Origin: Amphiscolops sp. MND2022
Lineage: Eukaryota
Assembly: GCA_964187785.1 (NCBI GenBank)
Contig: OZ076410.1
Location: forward strand, 63,736,001 to 63,800,000
Direction of reading: 5' to 3'
Length of the DNA stretch: 64,000 nucleotides
The position numbers and the translations under genes are program-made. Numbering within the stretch: the first letter of the stretch is position 1; each line of letters starts with the position of its first letter. The notes under the pieces were generated by a model. The model had not been told where the DNA came from. It searched no databases and saw only the letters and a program-made list of their open reading frames with translations. Below are positions 1 through 14,151 of the stretch, piece after piece.

Positions 1-2593
1 CCCTTGGGGCCTCGAGCATTTCAGGAATTACGTATACGGAAACAAAGTAAATCTCACCATGCAGAAATGGAGAAAGAGAGGCCGAAGAAGATTTCGTAAT
101 CATTCAGATATACGGCCTATTCCAGTTCAACCGCGCGAACGGCAGTATTACGCAACACATCCAATGACCGTCATCAGCATCGAAAGCCGACCAATCACAA
201 CACAGGAAACGAACACGTGAACAAACCAACAAAAGAAACTCAATTCAAAATCTTCCACCGCGAAACAACAGCGAATCGTCAAACAGCGCAAACTTTAAAA
301 GTAAAGTACCGCAAATGTCAAAAATGGATAAAGTTTATGGAATTGACATCGAATTCATCTTTAAAAAACGGGGACACTCCCCAGAAACAAACAAATTTCG
401 ATCCGAGAGAATTCAAATTCTTCAACCAAACCGGACTAGAATAGTAGGAAAAGGCAGCGAAAACGAGTGCCTACAACAATACTGTCCCTCTCAACAAGAC
501 AGGAAAGAGATCGAACGAATTAACATCATGATTTTCAATCGATTTTTTCATTACTCCGAAAGTCTGGGGACCACGCCTTTGAGAGAATTTAACAAGAACA
601 TCCACGAGTCCTGGATTAACGCATCGTCCGATAGCGAAAGCCAAATCAGCCACGTAAAAACAGAGAAGTGTCCAGCGAACATCCTGAAAAATTCAAAAAA
701 CACGAAAGTGTAAATCTCATTAGACTGAAACAGACCGCTAAACAAAATACTTTGCCAGAGAACAGGAACGAGAAAACCGCGGAGACGATCAAAAGGGCAG
801 AAAAAGATTTCGCAATGGATCTGCCAATGCTAGTCGAAGAAACAGCACAGGACGCCAAAATATTGGATGCGATCATCGCCTTGGAAGCCGGAAAAATTGA
901 TGGTATCTTTTAGCCTTACTGTCACATCGCGAACATCTTGAAACCCGCTTCGGATTATTATTTTACAAAGACCGGATTGTTATTCCAGAAGCGTTGAGAT
1001 CAACTATAATCCATGACCACCATGGCCATGTATCCATAAACAAAGTGGATAAATCCGCAGAAGCATTCTGGTGGCCAGGCCTCCACCGCGAGATCAGGGA
1101 CAAATCAGGAAACTGTCCCAGTTACCGAGCTGCAGGTAAGATTTTGAAAACACAATTACCACAATCGAAGATAAATAGATTTGAATTTTTAACCGAACCC
1201 GGTCAGGAAATCCGATTAGAATTCGCCGGCCCGATAAAATCAAAATCTCGCGGAGAATTTAAATTTTAGTCGCGATTGACCGTTTTAGCAAGTGGCCAAC
1301 GGCTTAAATTTGTAAAAATTCGGACTCCCGGACCGTAAAAATTTTTTTATTAAAATATATTGTACCGATAACGGAACGCCGCGAACCATACGTACCGACA
1401 ACAGCAGTTGCTTCAAAAGCCAAGAATTTAAAGACTACTGTAACGGTGAAAACACTAAGAGAATACGGTGTACTCCAAATTTACACACGGGAACCGGATT
1501 GGTCGAAAGAACAATTCGCACAATTGAGTCATTAACTAGAGCTAATTTGGAGAATGGCTTAACCTTCGAAGAAAGTGTAAGCATGGCAATTAAAACAATT
1601 AGACAAACACCACATAATACTCAGAAAATGACACCTTTTCAATTAGAGAAAACCACGCACGCCAATCACCAATCTGATTGGTCAGCCCACCTGCCTATTA
1701 TCGGACTGGAAGAAAACACTAACAAATTACATTTTAGCACAACCTGCAGAGCTACAAGTTTTCACGATTCACGTCTCCGATGGAGAACTGGCGGACTACT
1801 GGGAATTCAATGAGTCAAGAAAGAGGGGCCGATCGGTAAGCGACAATTTTAAAAATTACCAATTCTTTGAATAGGAAACTAAACCTAATGCAATGAAATG
1901 AAGATTTAAAACCGACAAAATTTTAACTGCGGCTGAAGAATCCAAACATTTTATAACAACTACTGATGGGAAAACCATCTCTAAGACACTGGCATCTAAT
2001 CACCTTAACTTTCAGCCATCAAAAAAAGGAGACGAAACAAGAAAACTTACCAAACGATGTACCAGGTGCGGGCGTTTCAGCAACGAAGATCTGTGTGATA
2101 CGCATAAAAGAGTCAAATCGCAACAGCAAAAACAATCAACAAGCACCGAGACATTCCCGTCAATGCCAGTCAAACAGACCGAAGAAATTCCGGAAATCAC
2201 CGTAATCTCCGACAGCCAGTCCTCCCAAGCCGAAGAGTTGCCGTCCAGGGCAAATATCGACCCGGAAATCACCGTCACGGTTGATATCAAATATGGCGAC
2301 GGCAACACAGATGAAAAAGCAGACAAGCCAGAAGATAGCCAAACACCAGCAATTCCGCCACCGGTCGGCTGCCGCACAGAGCTGGCACATCGACGTACCA
2401 CCAAAAATGCGGGCCAAACCCCAACCGGATCACCGCAAAAGGACTCGAATTCAGTAAATAAAGGTGTAGTAGAATTTAAAATAGAGGGCGCGAAAACGAC
2501 AAAAAATATAGAGGGGGAAAAGGGGGTCCGCAGATCAAATAGAATTAAGACTGCAAAAAGAGTAGAAAAAATGGGTGGTTAGAGTATTTCTGA
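1..2593 (+). pseudogene. Decayed Ty3/Gypsy pol 3' part (RNase H end, linker, integrase HHCC and core, C-terminal extension)
   Basis: Frame-broken pieces LWGLEHF, HHGH...FWWPG...CPSYRAAG, LEFAGPIKSK, TDNG, GLVERTIRTIESL and ...RRSNRIKTAKRVEKMGG*EYF*. Colinear with the Gypsy at 41021-47679. The left end runs off the window. Confidence 0.92.
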
Positions 2594-2727
2594 CAACCTC
2601 TGAATTATTCTAGATCCAAAGCCAAAGAACCAAAAGAAGGTCATACATTTCACCCGCAGCCCAGCAACCAAAGAGAAAATTGGACCCAAGAACATCCGAG
2701 AAGCTCCTGATTAGTTCCCATAATCCC

Positions 2728-2940
2728 AAAGAGGGGGGAATGTAGAGGTGAAAGTAGAATAGTTTAGACAGTCCTAATTAGAAGGTTAAGTACCTGCCTA
2801 TGAACTCCAAAGGACATTCCACATTGTTTAGTTGATGCTACCTAGATCTTGAATACAATACAATAATCTGATGATACAATTTGTATATGAGAACGTACTT
2901 CTTCTTAATTTGAACTTTCTTATCTTCGTCCTTTTTACCA
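2728..2940 (+). repeat. PPT (2728-2740) and probable 3' LTR (from 2741) of the left Gypsy
   Basis: AAAGAGGGGGGAA is directly followed by TGTAGAG. There is patchy similarity to the 224-bp LTR of the 41-47 kb element. The right end (~2937-2949) is uncertain. Confidence 0.65.
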
Positions 2941-3374
2941 GTCTATAACATTTTCTTTCGTCTAGTTGAATTCTTGGCATCGGAAGTTTTTTCTAAAGGC
3001 TAAGGCAGTTGGTTTTGTTGACACCAAACAGCGAATTTTCTAATATCTTTATATTAGTGCTCTGCTATCTTTGGGTTATAGCGTTGAGCAACTAAACAGT
3101 TTCAAAGGCTCTAGCGAGAAAGAGACAAGTTTGGATATGGGGTTGAGAGTCGTATTAATGGTCTCCTTATAGTTAAATCTACATTTGGGAAGTTCACAGA
3201 CACAAATTTGGTAGATACCCGATTAGTAGTTGTGGATGCATTAATCCTAAAGATTAGAATCACTCGCTCAGTCGATTTGCTTGTTTTTTCTTAAATAATC
3301 GCGAGAACATTTTTACAAGTGAGTACAAAATCCTGTGGGTTAATTGCTGTTTTCTAATGTTTTCCTTATTTTTC

Positions 3375-4587
3375 CCCAGTGATCGAAGCCATGGGACCCT
3401 TGCCAAGATCCATGGCAAGTTCCTTGCTAGCCTTGCCAAGATCTTGCCATGATCTTGCCATGATCTTGCCAAAGATACCATGGCCATGCAAGATCGTGCA
3501 AAGGCTAACCATGATTAACCATGATCTTGGCAAGGGTTCCATGGTACCATTACCGAAACTTTTGGAAAATTCAGAGCTCTTATTTTCAAATTGTAACTAA
3601 AAATTAATTCGGACCAAAAAACAGACATGTATAGGGTTAAACAGAAGAAAAACTGATACTCAAAGACATTAAAGGAAAAATGTTTTTGCTCCGACCATTA
3701 TAAATTTTTATTGCATTCTCGAACTTCAATAATTAGAACCCGTTACCTCAATGGATAAGGTAATAGCGTGATTTCCATAATTGTAAACAAATCATAGCTA
3801 GAAAAGTTGGTTTTCACACCGATATCACAAACCCGCCAGTTGCAATAACTTGATTCGGAGTTTGCTTTGTATGATAATTTATGATAGTACACCGTTTCCA
3901 CGTTGAATGAAGCACATCAGATATTAAATGAACAACCAATAGAAATTTATTAGCTTGCTACAGCAAATCTCAAATAATGTGAACGAAATCGTAGCTTGAA
4001 TGCAAGTAAAGTGTAGGCCAATGCAGCATACGATTTTGTGTACATGTAGCATTCTTTGGTCAGCGTTTGTTCAATTTGAAAGCGTCGTCGGTGATTGTTA
4101 TTTGCTAACTCACTTGGATGCTGATATTGTTCACTTGAATTCTGATTGTAAAGCAGTTTTACTTTGGTGGCAGGTGATTGGCTGAAAATATGGAACGGAA
4201 GCCGAGACGATTCACTTAAAATCTGATATGCTTCACTCAACGCGGAAACATTAGTAACAATGCCGTGCTCTCAAGTAACAAAACTCGGTCAATAAGTGCA
4301 GCAAATTTTCGATCAATAAATGTTATGTCAACAAATGTTATTACAATGGCTAATTCAAAAATTGAAGACGACAAGGACTTTTTGCGAAAAGAATAAGTTA
4401 TGCACAATTAATACTAGCTTACATGTGTTACCATGGTTATCTTGTCAAGATCTTGCCATGATCTTGCAATGATTTGCGTTCCATGTATCATGATTTGTGA
4501 TGATCTTGCCAAGGGTACCATGGTTAACCATGATTTAGCAAGATTTACCATGATCATGGCAACGGTTCCTTGGCTTCCAACACTGGG
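3375..4587. mobile_element. Non-autonomous EnSpm/CMC-like DNA transposon A
   Basis: Imperfect ~24-bp TIR (CCCAGTG..GAAGCCA.GG.ACC / ...CACTGGG), 2-bp TSD TC, and clustered subterminal CAAGATCTTG/CCATG repeats at both ends. Confidence 0.75.
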
Positions 4588-6289
4588 TCAGGTTTAATTC
4601 TGTCTTTTTTGGTAGTATACATACCCTCACAACCAGAGTTTTTCAGACACTTGTGACCAAAGTTTGTCTCAGAAAAAATTGTCTCAGAAACCAGACCAAC
4701 AACACTACTTGGTTTTCAGTTTATCTAATTTTGCAAAATGCCCGTCAGGATTTGGTCGAAAAAGGTGTCACCAGCTGAGATTTTCAATTTTTAGCCAATC
4801 TTCGGGTCGATAGAAAATCAGAATGAATGTGTCTTGGTAAGAGTACCAGCTATTGTAAAAACACCTGGTGACAGAAATCAGACAAATACACGTACAAAGT
4901 CTCTAATTAAGGCGACCGCAAAATTCAATAGGGGGATTTTTGGTTCCTATATGTGGCTCGTTAGCAAAGTAATAGACAGAAAACACCATGAAAAATTTTG
5001 AGCTGTTCTATGCGAAGTCAGTGTATGAATTTAGTTCTATGCTTATTCACCGAATCGAGAGAGGCGCACGAAGGCGCAACAGATTAACGCTCTACCTCAA
5101 GTCGTTTGAGATTTCTCACAGTGTCCGAAAACAGTCCAAAAGAAAACGCTTTGTGCTTTTTCTTCATTGAGAACAGTGAAAAACTGAAGTGCAACCAACT
5201 TTATGTAACAACGTTTCTACAGTGCGGTAAAAACGTGAGGAGGAGGACTCTGTGGGCATATAAGGAGCTTTTTTCTAACTACAATTATCCAAAAACCAGT
5301 AATTAAAATGGAAAGGCCGTTTGGCGTCATGAAGCTTTGCGATTCAAATGAAAGGAGTACCTTTCAAACATTTGATATTCTGTTATCAATTCGACCAGGT
5401 TGGAAACGAACGACGAAAAACCACAAGCATTTGCGTTTTTCTGCATATAGCGTGTACTAAATTGGGACACCTCAGTTTGGCAACTTTGGTCTTGAGGGGA
5501 AAAAGAATGTCAACATGACTCCGGGGAAGTTGGTTACTTCTTAAAAGAAGCACTGATTGGAAACATCATTACAGTTTTTAAAAACCAAAAAATGTGATTT
5601 TAGCTTGAGTTTTACAATTGCTATTTTCCACGATACTTTTTCATTTCATTAAGATTTTTACAAGGTCCCAAAAAAAATTTATGAAGGTTGAAGGTTAACT
5701 TAGTTTATCTAGTGCCATTAGGGTAAATTTGATTTTGAAAAGCTGCAAAAATGACGAGAAAGGAGGATTTCCACTCTTCACAAGTCCCCAATCTGAGCAC
5801 CAAATTGCGATAGCAACTGATAATGTACGGTCAAAAAACAATAAAAAGGTCGAAAACATGTTTCTTGTCTTTAAGGTAGTTATTCCTTGATGAAAGAAAT
5901 ATACGGCGGATTCTATATCTCGTTGTGTTGTAAAAAAGTAGCTTATTATTAAAGTAGAAGAAATATGGGACAACGATTCACCTAAATCCCGCAACTTTCA
6001 ACAACCACATAAGATTACATGAACAAAACATGACCAAACTTTTGGCTCAAAACATCAGGTTTCGAGATAGCAAAGAATATTTGAAACTACATTTTCCATT
6101 TAAAAAATTTATGAAAAGTAATATACATTGCAACAAAACATCCTCCGGGCCCGGAAAGATGTGAAGTAAAAACTCGAAAAGAAAAGCATTTTTAAAATCA
6201 ATTTCTGAAAACTTGTATCCAATGCTACTTGTTTTTGAGATACATGTTATCGATAGCAAAATGGGTAGACATTGGAAAAATACATCATT

Positions 6290-9200
6290 CAAGAATAGGA
6301 AGGACGGGAGAGAGATTGGCAAGGGGAGTGACAAATTTGTCAGAAGATGTCCTAACTTCCGCTGGCCGAGCGACGGCATCGGGGCTCAATTTTAACTTGA
6401 CCACCCGGGAACGTGGATAGCGTCCTCTCGGAGCCGTAAACTCTACTATTCAAACTGGATGTCCGGATTTGAGATCTCTGTCGGACGGATGCGAATATTT
6501 TTAGCAACTATTGAGTACTGGAACGTACACCTTGAGCTATTGATTCCAAATCGCACCTGAATACGCTTGAACTCGAACGTACCTTTCGGCCTGAAAGTGT
6601 GTCGGTAACATAGAACTGGCATTTCCCGACAAGACATGTTTTGGTGTAAACGTGTCTAGGTCCGTGGCGTCAGTGCTCATAGGTCTCAATGGTCGAGCAT
6701 TTGGGCACTGTTTCACGAGGAAAAACGCTGTGGACAAAACTTCATCAGTCTTACGGCTGTTCAACAGGACAGCGTAAAACAAGTGTTTAAAACTGCGGAC
6801 CACTAGTTCCCAAACACCTTCGTGATGTGGGGCACTCGGAGGATTGAACTTCCTCTTGATTCCTTTCTTGACCAGTGCGTTGTTGAGAACCTGCTGGTTT
6901 CAACTGTCAATGTTGTACAGACGTTTCTTTTCACTGGCGACAAAATTTTTCTCATTGTCTGACCAAAAGACAGATCGGATGCCCCGGAGGGCACAATCTC
7001 CTTCGATTCCCATCTACTGCTATCCATTTTCGGGACCAAATCGAAGTGAACTGCTCCATTCCTAAGGCTAGTGAAGTAAAATCACCATCTTTTTCTAGTA
7101 AATCTTTTGACAGATACAAAGAATGAACCGAAAAAGTCAATGGCCGTGTTCGAGAACGGAGGTTCTCTAAAGGCGAGTCTTTCACGGGGTAAATCTGACA
7201 TCACTAGAGTCACAGTTTTGCGCTCCGTTTACGGCTGGTTATGCAAAGCGAGACAATTGTTCTCAAGATGCTTCTCAGTTTGACTACAGCAAACCTTTGC
7301 TGCACTTAAGCTCGTAGATAGTCAACGCCCGGGTAGCAATGCTGCTTGTGTAGGTGTTCTAAAAGTAGCCGCACCATAGTGTGACGACCGTCCAGTAATA
7401 CAGGGTGTTTTACGTCAAAAGTGGCAAACTCAGGGAGTTTCGTTCATCCAGAAGCTCTCAACAGACTATTCGGTCCAATGAATGGAGAACAATGTGGTAT
7501 TTTGCAACTTTTGCTAGGTGGTGAAAATCTCAGTGGATTACTTCTGTCGGACAGGAAAGACACCGATTGAATGTGTAAAACGACGTTGTTTGGCGAGCTC
7601 CAGCTCCACCGCGTCGGTGATTTCGCCAGTGGGCTTCTGTGCAAACTGTTTTGTAGTTATAGCCTCGACGCCTAGTCTGGAGTGCGGAGGAGTGTTTCGT
7701 ATGAGCCAAGCTTCTGCCAATTGAAATTTTGCAAACAGGCAGAGAGAATTGTGGATACCATTGGTGACGTCTCGTTTACTGGTATCAGATAGGCATCCTC
7801 TCAGGCATTTTTAGTTGCCATCAGAAGTTTTTGGATGGCTTCAAGCGGCATTGAGGTCTTTTCAGGAATTTGGGTTCCTTCAACCAATAGTTGTCACAGC
7901 AAGAGCTCGCGGACAGACCTCTTGTACCGGTGTCTGCTGGATTGTAAATCGATTGGACGTAATTCCACCCGTTGTAGTTAGCTCCAAGATCTCCGCTACA
8001 CGGGTAGCTACGTGGGAATGGTTGCTTTTTGAGCGAGTGAATCAAATGTAAAACTGTAGTACTGTCAGCTCACAAGAACGTTTTGCTAATATTGAGTGTT
8101 GGTGGCTTTTGAACTTGCTTCCCAAGCATCGCCGCGAGCAAGGACTCCTGAAGTTCTAGTTTTGGTATCGTCAAGGCTTTCATTGTCCTACGCTAGCCGT
8201 TCTCAACAGAATAGCACTTCAACATTTGGAATGTCGTTCGCCTCAAATGATCTGGTGGGATTAACTTGCAGTTGTGGTGGAAATGACGCCACGTTTGAGA
8301 CAAACATCGTAAGTTTGAACACTCCCAGAAAAAGCAGTTTCAACAGATTTTCAACTTTGAGTGTTTCTTCTTCGACCTTTGGGCTTGACGCTAAATTTTC
8401 ATCCATGTAGAAACTGTTGAGGACATTTAGCGAGGCTTCGGGCATGATGACGGCTTGTCGCTTGCCTTTTTTCTCGAGGCATAGTTTACACAGGTGGTAG
8501 AGTCTTTAGATCCAAAGATATGACGATAATACTAGAAAACAGCACCTTCGAAATTTGGGACTTCGCGCCAGAAGAAACGAAGTGACGGCCTGTCTTCTGG
8601 AGTTACCCCAACTGGGAGGAACATTTCCGCAATGTCCGCAGACACAGCGTATTGGTTTTGTCGGAATCAGATCGGGATATGGATTAAACTGTGCAATAGG
8701 TCTAGTCCAATGAAGAGTAATATTTTCAATGGGTGGCCTTGAACAATTGCGACACCGTTCAACACTCGTCGAACTTCACCGGTTTAAGTGGATTGACGAC
8801 AAAATGGTGCGGGAGGTATGGTGCGGTTACGCAGTCAGCTTTGTCGATGAACGTTTTGAAAAGTTGTCTTGGATGGTAACAGAGTGTCGTTTTCTTATTT
8901 CATCGTCATTCTCAAGGCGGCGTTCTAAAGGTTTCGGAAGACCTAGACCTGAACATTAGTTTTTCGACAAACTGTTTTCGTCCTCGGCCCATACCTCACC
9001 CACTTGATAACAGATCCACTGTGGTATATTGTTTTGTCAAGTATCTTGTCCGCTCCTGTGTCGACTGGTAACGGGACTCCATTTGTTGTTTTGATCCGTA
9101 TGATTACCTTTTATAGCAGCTACGGATTTGGTAACTAGTTCGGAATCAGGATTTTTGGGTACTCGTAACAGCCATGAACGTTGAGAACAAATTTTATGTC

Positions 9201-11950
9201 GGTGGAAGGGGTCCACTCAATACCCAGCCGAACAGAAGACGGACCGCAACTGGAGCAACTTAACGGTCGGAATTGAAAAACCCAGTGAGCGAACAAATTT
9301 AAACTCGTCTTCATCCAGGATCATGTCGACTTCAGCGTAGCTGATTTTTTCAAAGAAATTGGTTCGAAGTGAGAATACTTGGTTTTCAGGTAGTCCACGT
9401 TAATGGTGTTGACACCAACGCTGTGGATTTTCTCACGTACGGTTTGATGGCAAAGGAGAAACAAGAGCGTTCCGAATGAACGGGTGTCAACTGAAGCTCC
9501 ACTAATTGTGTATCAACTACGCGATGGAAAATGATCCTAAGTACGGTCTTATTTATCGGTACTCCATGAACTTTTAGTTTGCGCGCGAACCTTACGGAAA
9601 TCCCAGAATGACAACAGGCTGAGTCGCAAAGGGCTAACACTTTCTGGGAGTTGTCGATGGAAGGGAAGTCAACTTCCGCAAGTTGCGAGCTCCTTTACCA
9701 TCAGTAACAGACGGCAAGCCCGAGCTTTGTACAGCCTGCTGACTTTTCTTTGTTCTTTCAATGCTTGTTGATGTCTCCGGTTTTCGTTCTCTAGGAGCTT
9801 GGTTTTTGTTCGGAAATTATCGGGCGACTCAATGAAGGAACGTGTTATGGGAACTACCGCATCCCGCTTTGGTACACTTCTGCGGTTTTGGACACTGTCG
9901 GAAGGAGTGTCGTCATTGAAACAAAAAAAAACAAAGTTGCTTGTCGGCAACTGGCTTTACCTTCTCCGCAATACTTATTCTTTCTAAGTAACGGACATCT
10001 CCACGGAAAGTGGTTCTTTTTGTAGGCCACGCAATTTGCTGGCGCATTGTCGGAGATTGCTTCGGAGTTCGAGTTTCGTAGGTTGGTCGAGGTTGTTGCA
10101 GCAAAAATTTTGGATGTTGTCTTGGGTTTCGTTAGACCACATTAGGTATTCTCGTCAATTTTGGCCTTTCTCGAAATTGCTTTCGCTGTTCCGTGCGCTC
10201 CGGCAATGACTTTCAATCAATTCTTCAAGTCGACTATTTTCAGTCGATCTAGGTTGCGCTTCACTGTATGCATCGACCAGGCTTCTTTCATGTTCGGTGG
10301 AAACCTTTGGCTGAGCCGTTATGCACTGGACAAATCTCGGTTGTAGATAAGGGACCGAAATACGCCAACCAGCAAACTCACTGTTGCGGAGTAGCTAATG
10401 ATGCCATCACTGTTATGCGTCTTCACTGGTAGAATATTAGCAAGTTTTTCCAAGTATGCAGTTACTTCTGCCTGTGGTTGCCCAAATTTACGCTGACGCG
10501 TTTCGAGTGCATCTTTTTATATAGCTCTACAGTACGGAAACTCGGCCATGGCAACTTTGGTTTATCCTGTAACCAACGTTTCGAGTTGCGTTAACTTGAC
10601 ATCATCGGACAGAGGGCCAATGTCGACGGCGCTCTTGATCTGTCCGAACCACTCGTGTCCTTGAACAGGGTCCCCAGTGTACTGTGACAGTTTCCACTCT
10701 GGTAGCAGGTCTTTCGTAGTTGACGCTAGTAATTATGAGACTTCAGGCAGTGTCAATCTTGCAGAACTTGTATCAGACCTTGGTCATAGAAAGTGGGAAG
10801 ATTGAAGCTGCGCTCGCACTTGGCAACAGCTGTTGTGGCAACAACTGGAGATGGTTCGTAGTATACCGTGCCTCTACTAGTAACAGGCATTGTTGGTGCT
10901 GCCGGTGTCAGCACACTATGTGAATCAGATGACTTGGCTGTAATCGAGGGCTCACTTGTGTGGGAGGGTTGCGTGTTGGGAATGAACAAGCGGAGATGTG
11001 GGGAAGCATTTGACTGACCGGCACCGTTAACGTGGGGTTCAAAGGTGAAGAATGTGGAGACCGAAGCAACTGAACTTGTTTTCGGATAGCTGCTCCTTTG
11101 GTCGGGACCGTAGAGCTCGCTTGTGGGAAGGTTGGCTGAACTTCATTGGTAGGTGGAAGGTTAGCTTCAGCTTTGCTAGAAGATGTGTTGATCCAACCAT
11201 GGATCCGCTCTGTCTCATTGACTTTGTTATAAGCGCTCAAACAAGACAAAGATTCATGAAGGTCTGCGTTAGGTTCCGAAAAAGCTTCTCGGTCGAAGTG
11301 GCTTGTGCTAGTGTTCGACGGATTTCATCCTCCATTTCCTCAACCCTCAAAGCCTCGTGCTTCCGCAGTTTTTGCAGTTCAAAAGTCTTGATGTTCAAGT
11401 CCGAGTTCTGGTTTTTGCTTTGCCTGGTGTATATTTGTTTCATTTTGTTTCTGGATCTCTTGAGGTCACTGTTGAGCAGTTCTGAGATCGTGTGGTCGTC
11501 AACTAGAAGTCTCTAACACTTTGGAACTAGATGCTTTGCTGGACTTAGTCTTGATCGTCGTTTTCTGGCGGGAAGTCTGAGATCAAATATCCAGTTGTTG
11601 GCATTGTCCAATGTAGTCTGCTTCCTTCAAGGTGTGACCATTTTCCACGATGACGATATGCAGCCACTCCTCGAGGTCTGCCGTTGTCATTGCAGGCTCT
11701 CTGGATTTCTTTGTGAGCTCTGAGAAGTGCTCATTTTCTGCGAAGGCTTTTGCCAATGGTGCGTTGCAACATTCGTTTAGTCGGTCAACAGGAACACGAC
11801 GTTCACAGCATCTACGATATCCTTTTGGAGTTGTTCAGATACGTTTCAACCTTAAGGCGACTCTCTGTATCGTTTTGAACATTCTCATCACCGGGGCCCA
11901 CTTGTTTGTTACGTTTTGCGATCACATCAGAATGTATCAAAGAATGGCAC
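6290..11950 (-). pseudogene. BEL-1 gag-pol remnant
   Basis: Fragments ALCDSACC (protease), FYMDENL (RT), TIPKLELQ and NPAD (RNase H region), and integrase core/C-terminus MVRSFK...YVRVQAYSGAIW. Many stops and frameshifts. Confidence 0.9.
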
Positions 11951-12253
11951 GTGCAAACGAACAAACAATGTAGTTTGTGCCTCCCGAAAGAATTGAATAG
12001 ACAACCCGGGTATCGATGAAAACCTAGTCGCAGTGAATGGGGAGGTTTGAAGTATAGTTACTGACTCGATTTCACTCGGTCGTTGAAGTCCGGACGCTTT
12101 TAAAGCAGTCGGATATGCAAAAAGTGTGAGATTTCAGAGTTCAAGCAGACAACTAAGTCTGCACACACTCTGAATTAAGTAACGGGTTCTTGAGACTTCA
12201 GCCACACTGGGAAATCTGGACACTTTTCTCCACAGGAAGAAAGAATCGTTGGT

Positions 12254-13068
12254 TTACTGAGACTGGAATGTAGGAGCAACTTTCTTAGCGGCGTTGTGAG
12301 CACGGTTTTTAGTACGGCTTTATTCGGTAATTACAGAGAGCTTACTTTCTTTACGTAACATGAAGTCAAGACTTTTCAATTAAAGCTCAGGACTTTGAAG
12401 TAAAGCTTTTTATTTTTAAAGAAGTTTCGGGTCATTCTTTTTTTCGGAAGCATTCCTTCACGATACTGAGTACTTCGATTTTTTGATGACACAATAAACC
12501 AGAGCATTGTGTTTGTCTTTCAGTGCCTCAAGGCCTTTCAACACCTCAATCGATTGTGACACAGTTAATGCTTTTAAATTGCTTTTATCATGACGGAAAA
12601 TGCTGTTATCCAGAACGTCATGCCAAAAAGCGAATTCTTTTTTATTTCCGCCCATATAAATGGGGGAGGAAAGTTATGATCTGAGGCGCGTTTTTTTACA
12701 AATTCCGCCAAAACTCCACTTTATCTCCACTCCATCGAGGGAAGTGCACTTCACTTATTGCTTCCCCAGCCAGTCGATCCCGGGTTGGTGCTTGAAATTT
12801 TTCCCAGCCAGTTCGATCCTCTCCTTCGCCATACCTTTTTTGCAATAAGAGTGTCGCGGAAATTATCCCGATGCTCAGCCGGCGTCTTGTTTCTCTTTTA
12901 AATCTTTTGAGAGCAAGTTCTGAACATTTTTTGAGGATTTTAGTGTTTGGATTCAAGCCCAGGCCCGGGAAAGAGAAAATAATATATAATACGGTATACC
13001 GTTCTTTTTTCGGGAGTTAATGTTTCGAGAGCATGATATAAACCCCTGGCGACAAAAATGAAAACCAT
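12254..13068 (-). pseudogene. Decayed ORF X of BEL-1 (interrupted at ~12656-12890)
   Basis: MVFIFVARGLYHALETL..FPG; FWHDVLDNSIFRH..ALVYC; KALLQSPEL*LKSL..MLRKESKLSVIT. These align in order to the intact ORF at 54845-55447. Confidence 0.85.
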
Positions 13069-14151
13069 GAGTTTCTCCTTATATTTTCTGCCTTAAAGAA
13101 AATGTGACTTAACAGAAAACCGACAAGTAGTTTTTCACTTTTTAAAAACTCGCTGTTTCACTTTTCAGAGACTATTGACAAACGAACAAATATCTTTTGA
13201 CAATAACAATAACTTTAAATGTCAGTAACTGTTTTTTGTGAGTCTTGCTATCTCGAAATATATGATTTTTTAGCACTGATAAAGGTTTTTTTCATTCACT
13301 TCAGTTTGACTCAAAATAGCCATAAAAGCAGAAGATTTTTGAAGATGCGGCATCTGCTTTCCAAAAATGTCGCCGGAAGGAGTTTGACCAAAAAGAACCT
13401 TTGTAGAATAGTCGAATATTGAGTTTGACTATACTGTTGACGAAGTTGGGGTTTTGCCAGATCAAAAGCATGGCCTCTCTATGGTCACCATGCAAGAAAT
13501 TTAGGGCGGAATCTTTATCTCGCTTTGTAGTAAAAAGTAGCTGTTTCGATCATTGGGTACAATGTTTCATCTAAATTCCGCAGCTTTCAACAAGCCGATA
13601 GGGTAACATGAACAAAATATGATCAGACATACCACTCAAAACATCAGTTTTCGAGATAGCAAAGATTATTTGAAACGATGTTTTTCATTATGTATTTTAT
13701 GAAGTGTAATATATATCCTACGTAACGCTTAACAACGCAAGAAATGTTTTTACTCGGTCAAAAGTTCTTGATACTCCCCTGGAGCAAAGTTGCTCCTATC
13801 CAGGAAATGTAAATGAAGATTTTCATTGCTGTCCAATCAATTCAGAATATAATTCAGACTGCACTAAATTCCAAGATTTTGTTTTTAAAATGCTGTGAAA
13901 AATCTCCGATGTGCGTTTCAATCGGTTGTGGTGTTGTTTCCGTCATTGAATCATAGGCTAGCACGAACATTTAATTACTTATTTTGTATAAAGTTCAAAA
14001 ACATCGAAAGATATCTCCGAGGGAATTGCATGTGACCTTCAAGGAAATTTCATTTCCGAAAGAAATTGATCCTTAGATTGAGTATCCCGGGAGTTTATTA
14101 TTTCACATTTACTGGTATTAATTGTGTACTATGAAACGACGTCTAACCATA

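Larger units (their letters stand above)
5891..13734 (-). mobile_element. Decayed BEL/Pao LTR retrotransposon (BEL-1)
   Basis: Divergent LTR-like copies at 5891-6140 and 13491-~13734, PBS TGGTGACCATAGAGAGGCC (13472-13490), PPT GGCCCGGAGGA (6141-6151), and gag-pol remnants homologous to BEL-2. No TSD found. Confidence 0.88.

Noticed and set aside
12269-12360. Apparent 92-bp TG...CA mini-LTR with AATAAA on the minus strand
   Set aside because: It translates as the C-terminus of ORF X. The true LTR and PBS lie at 13472-13734.
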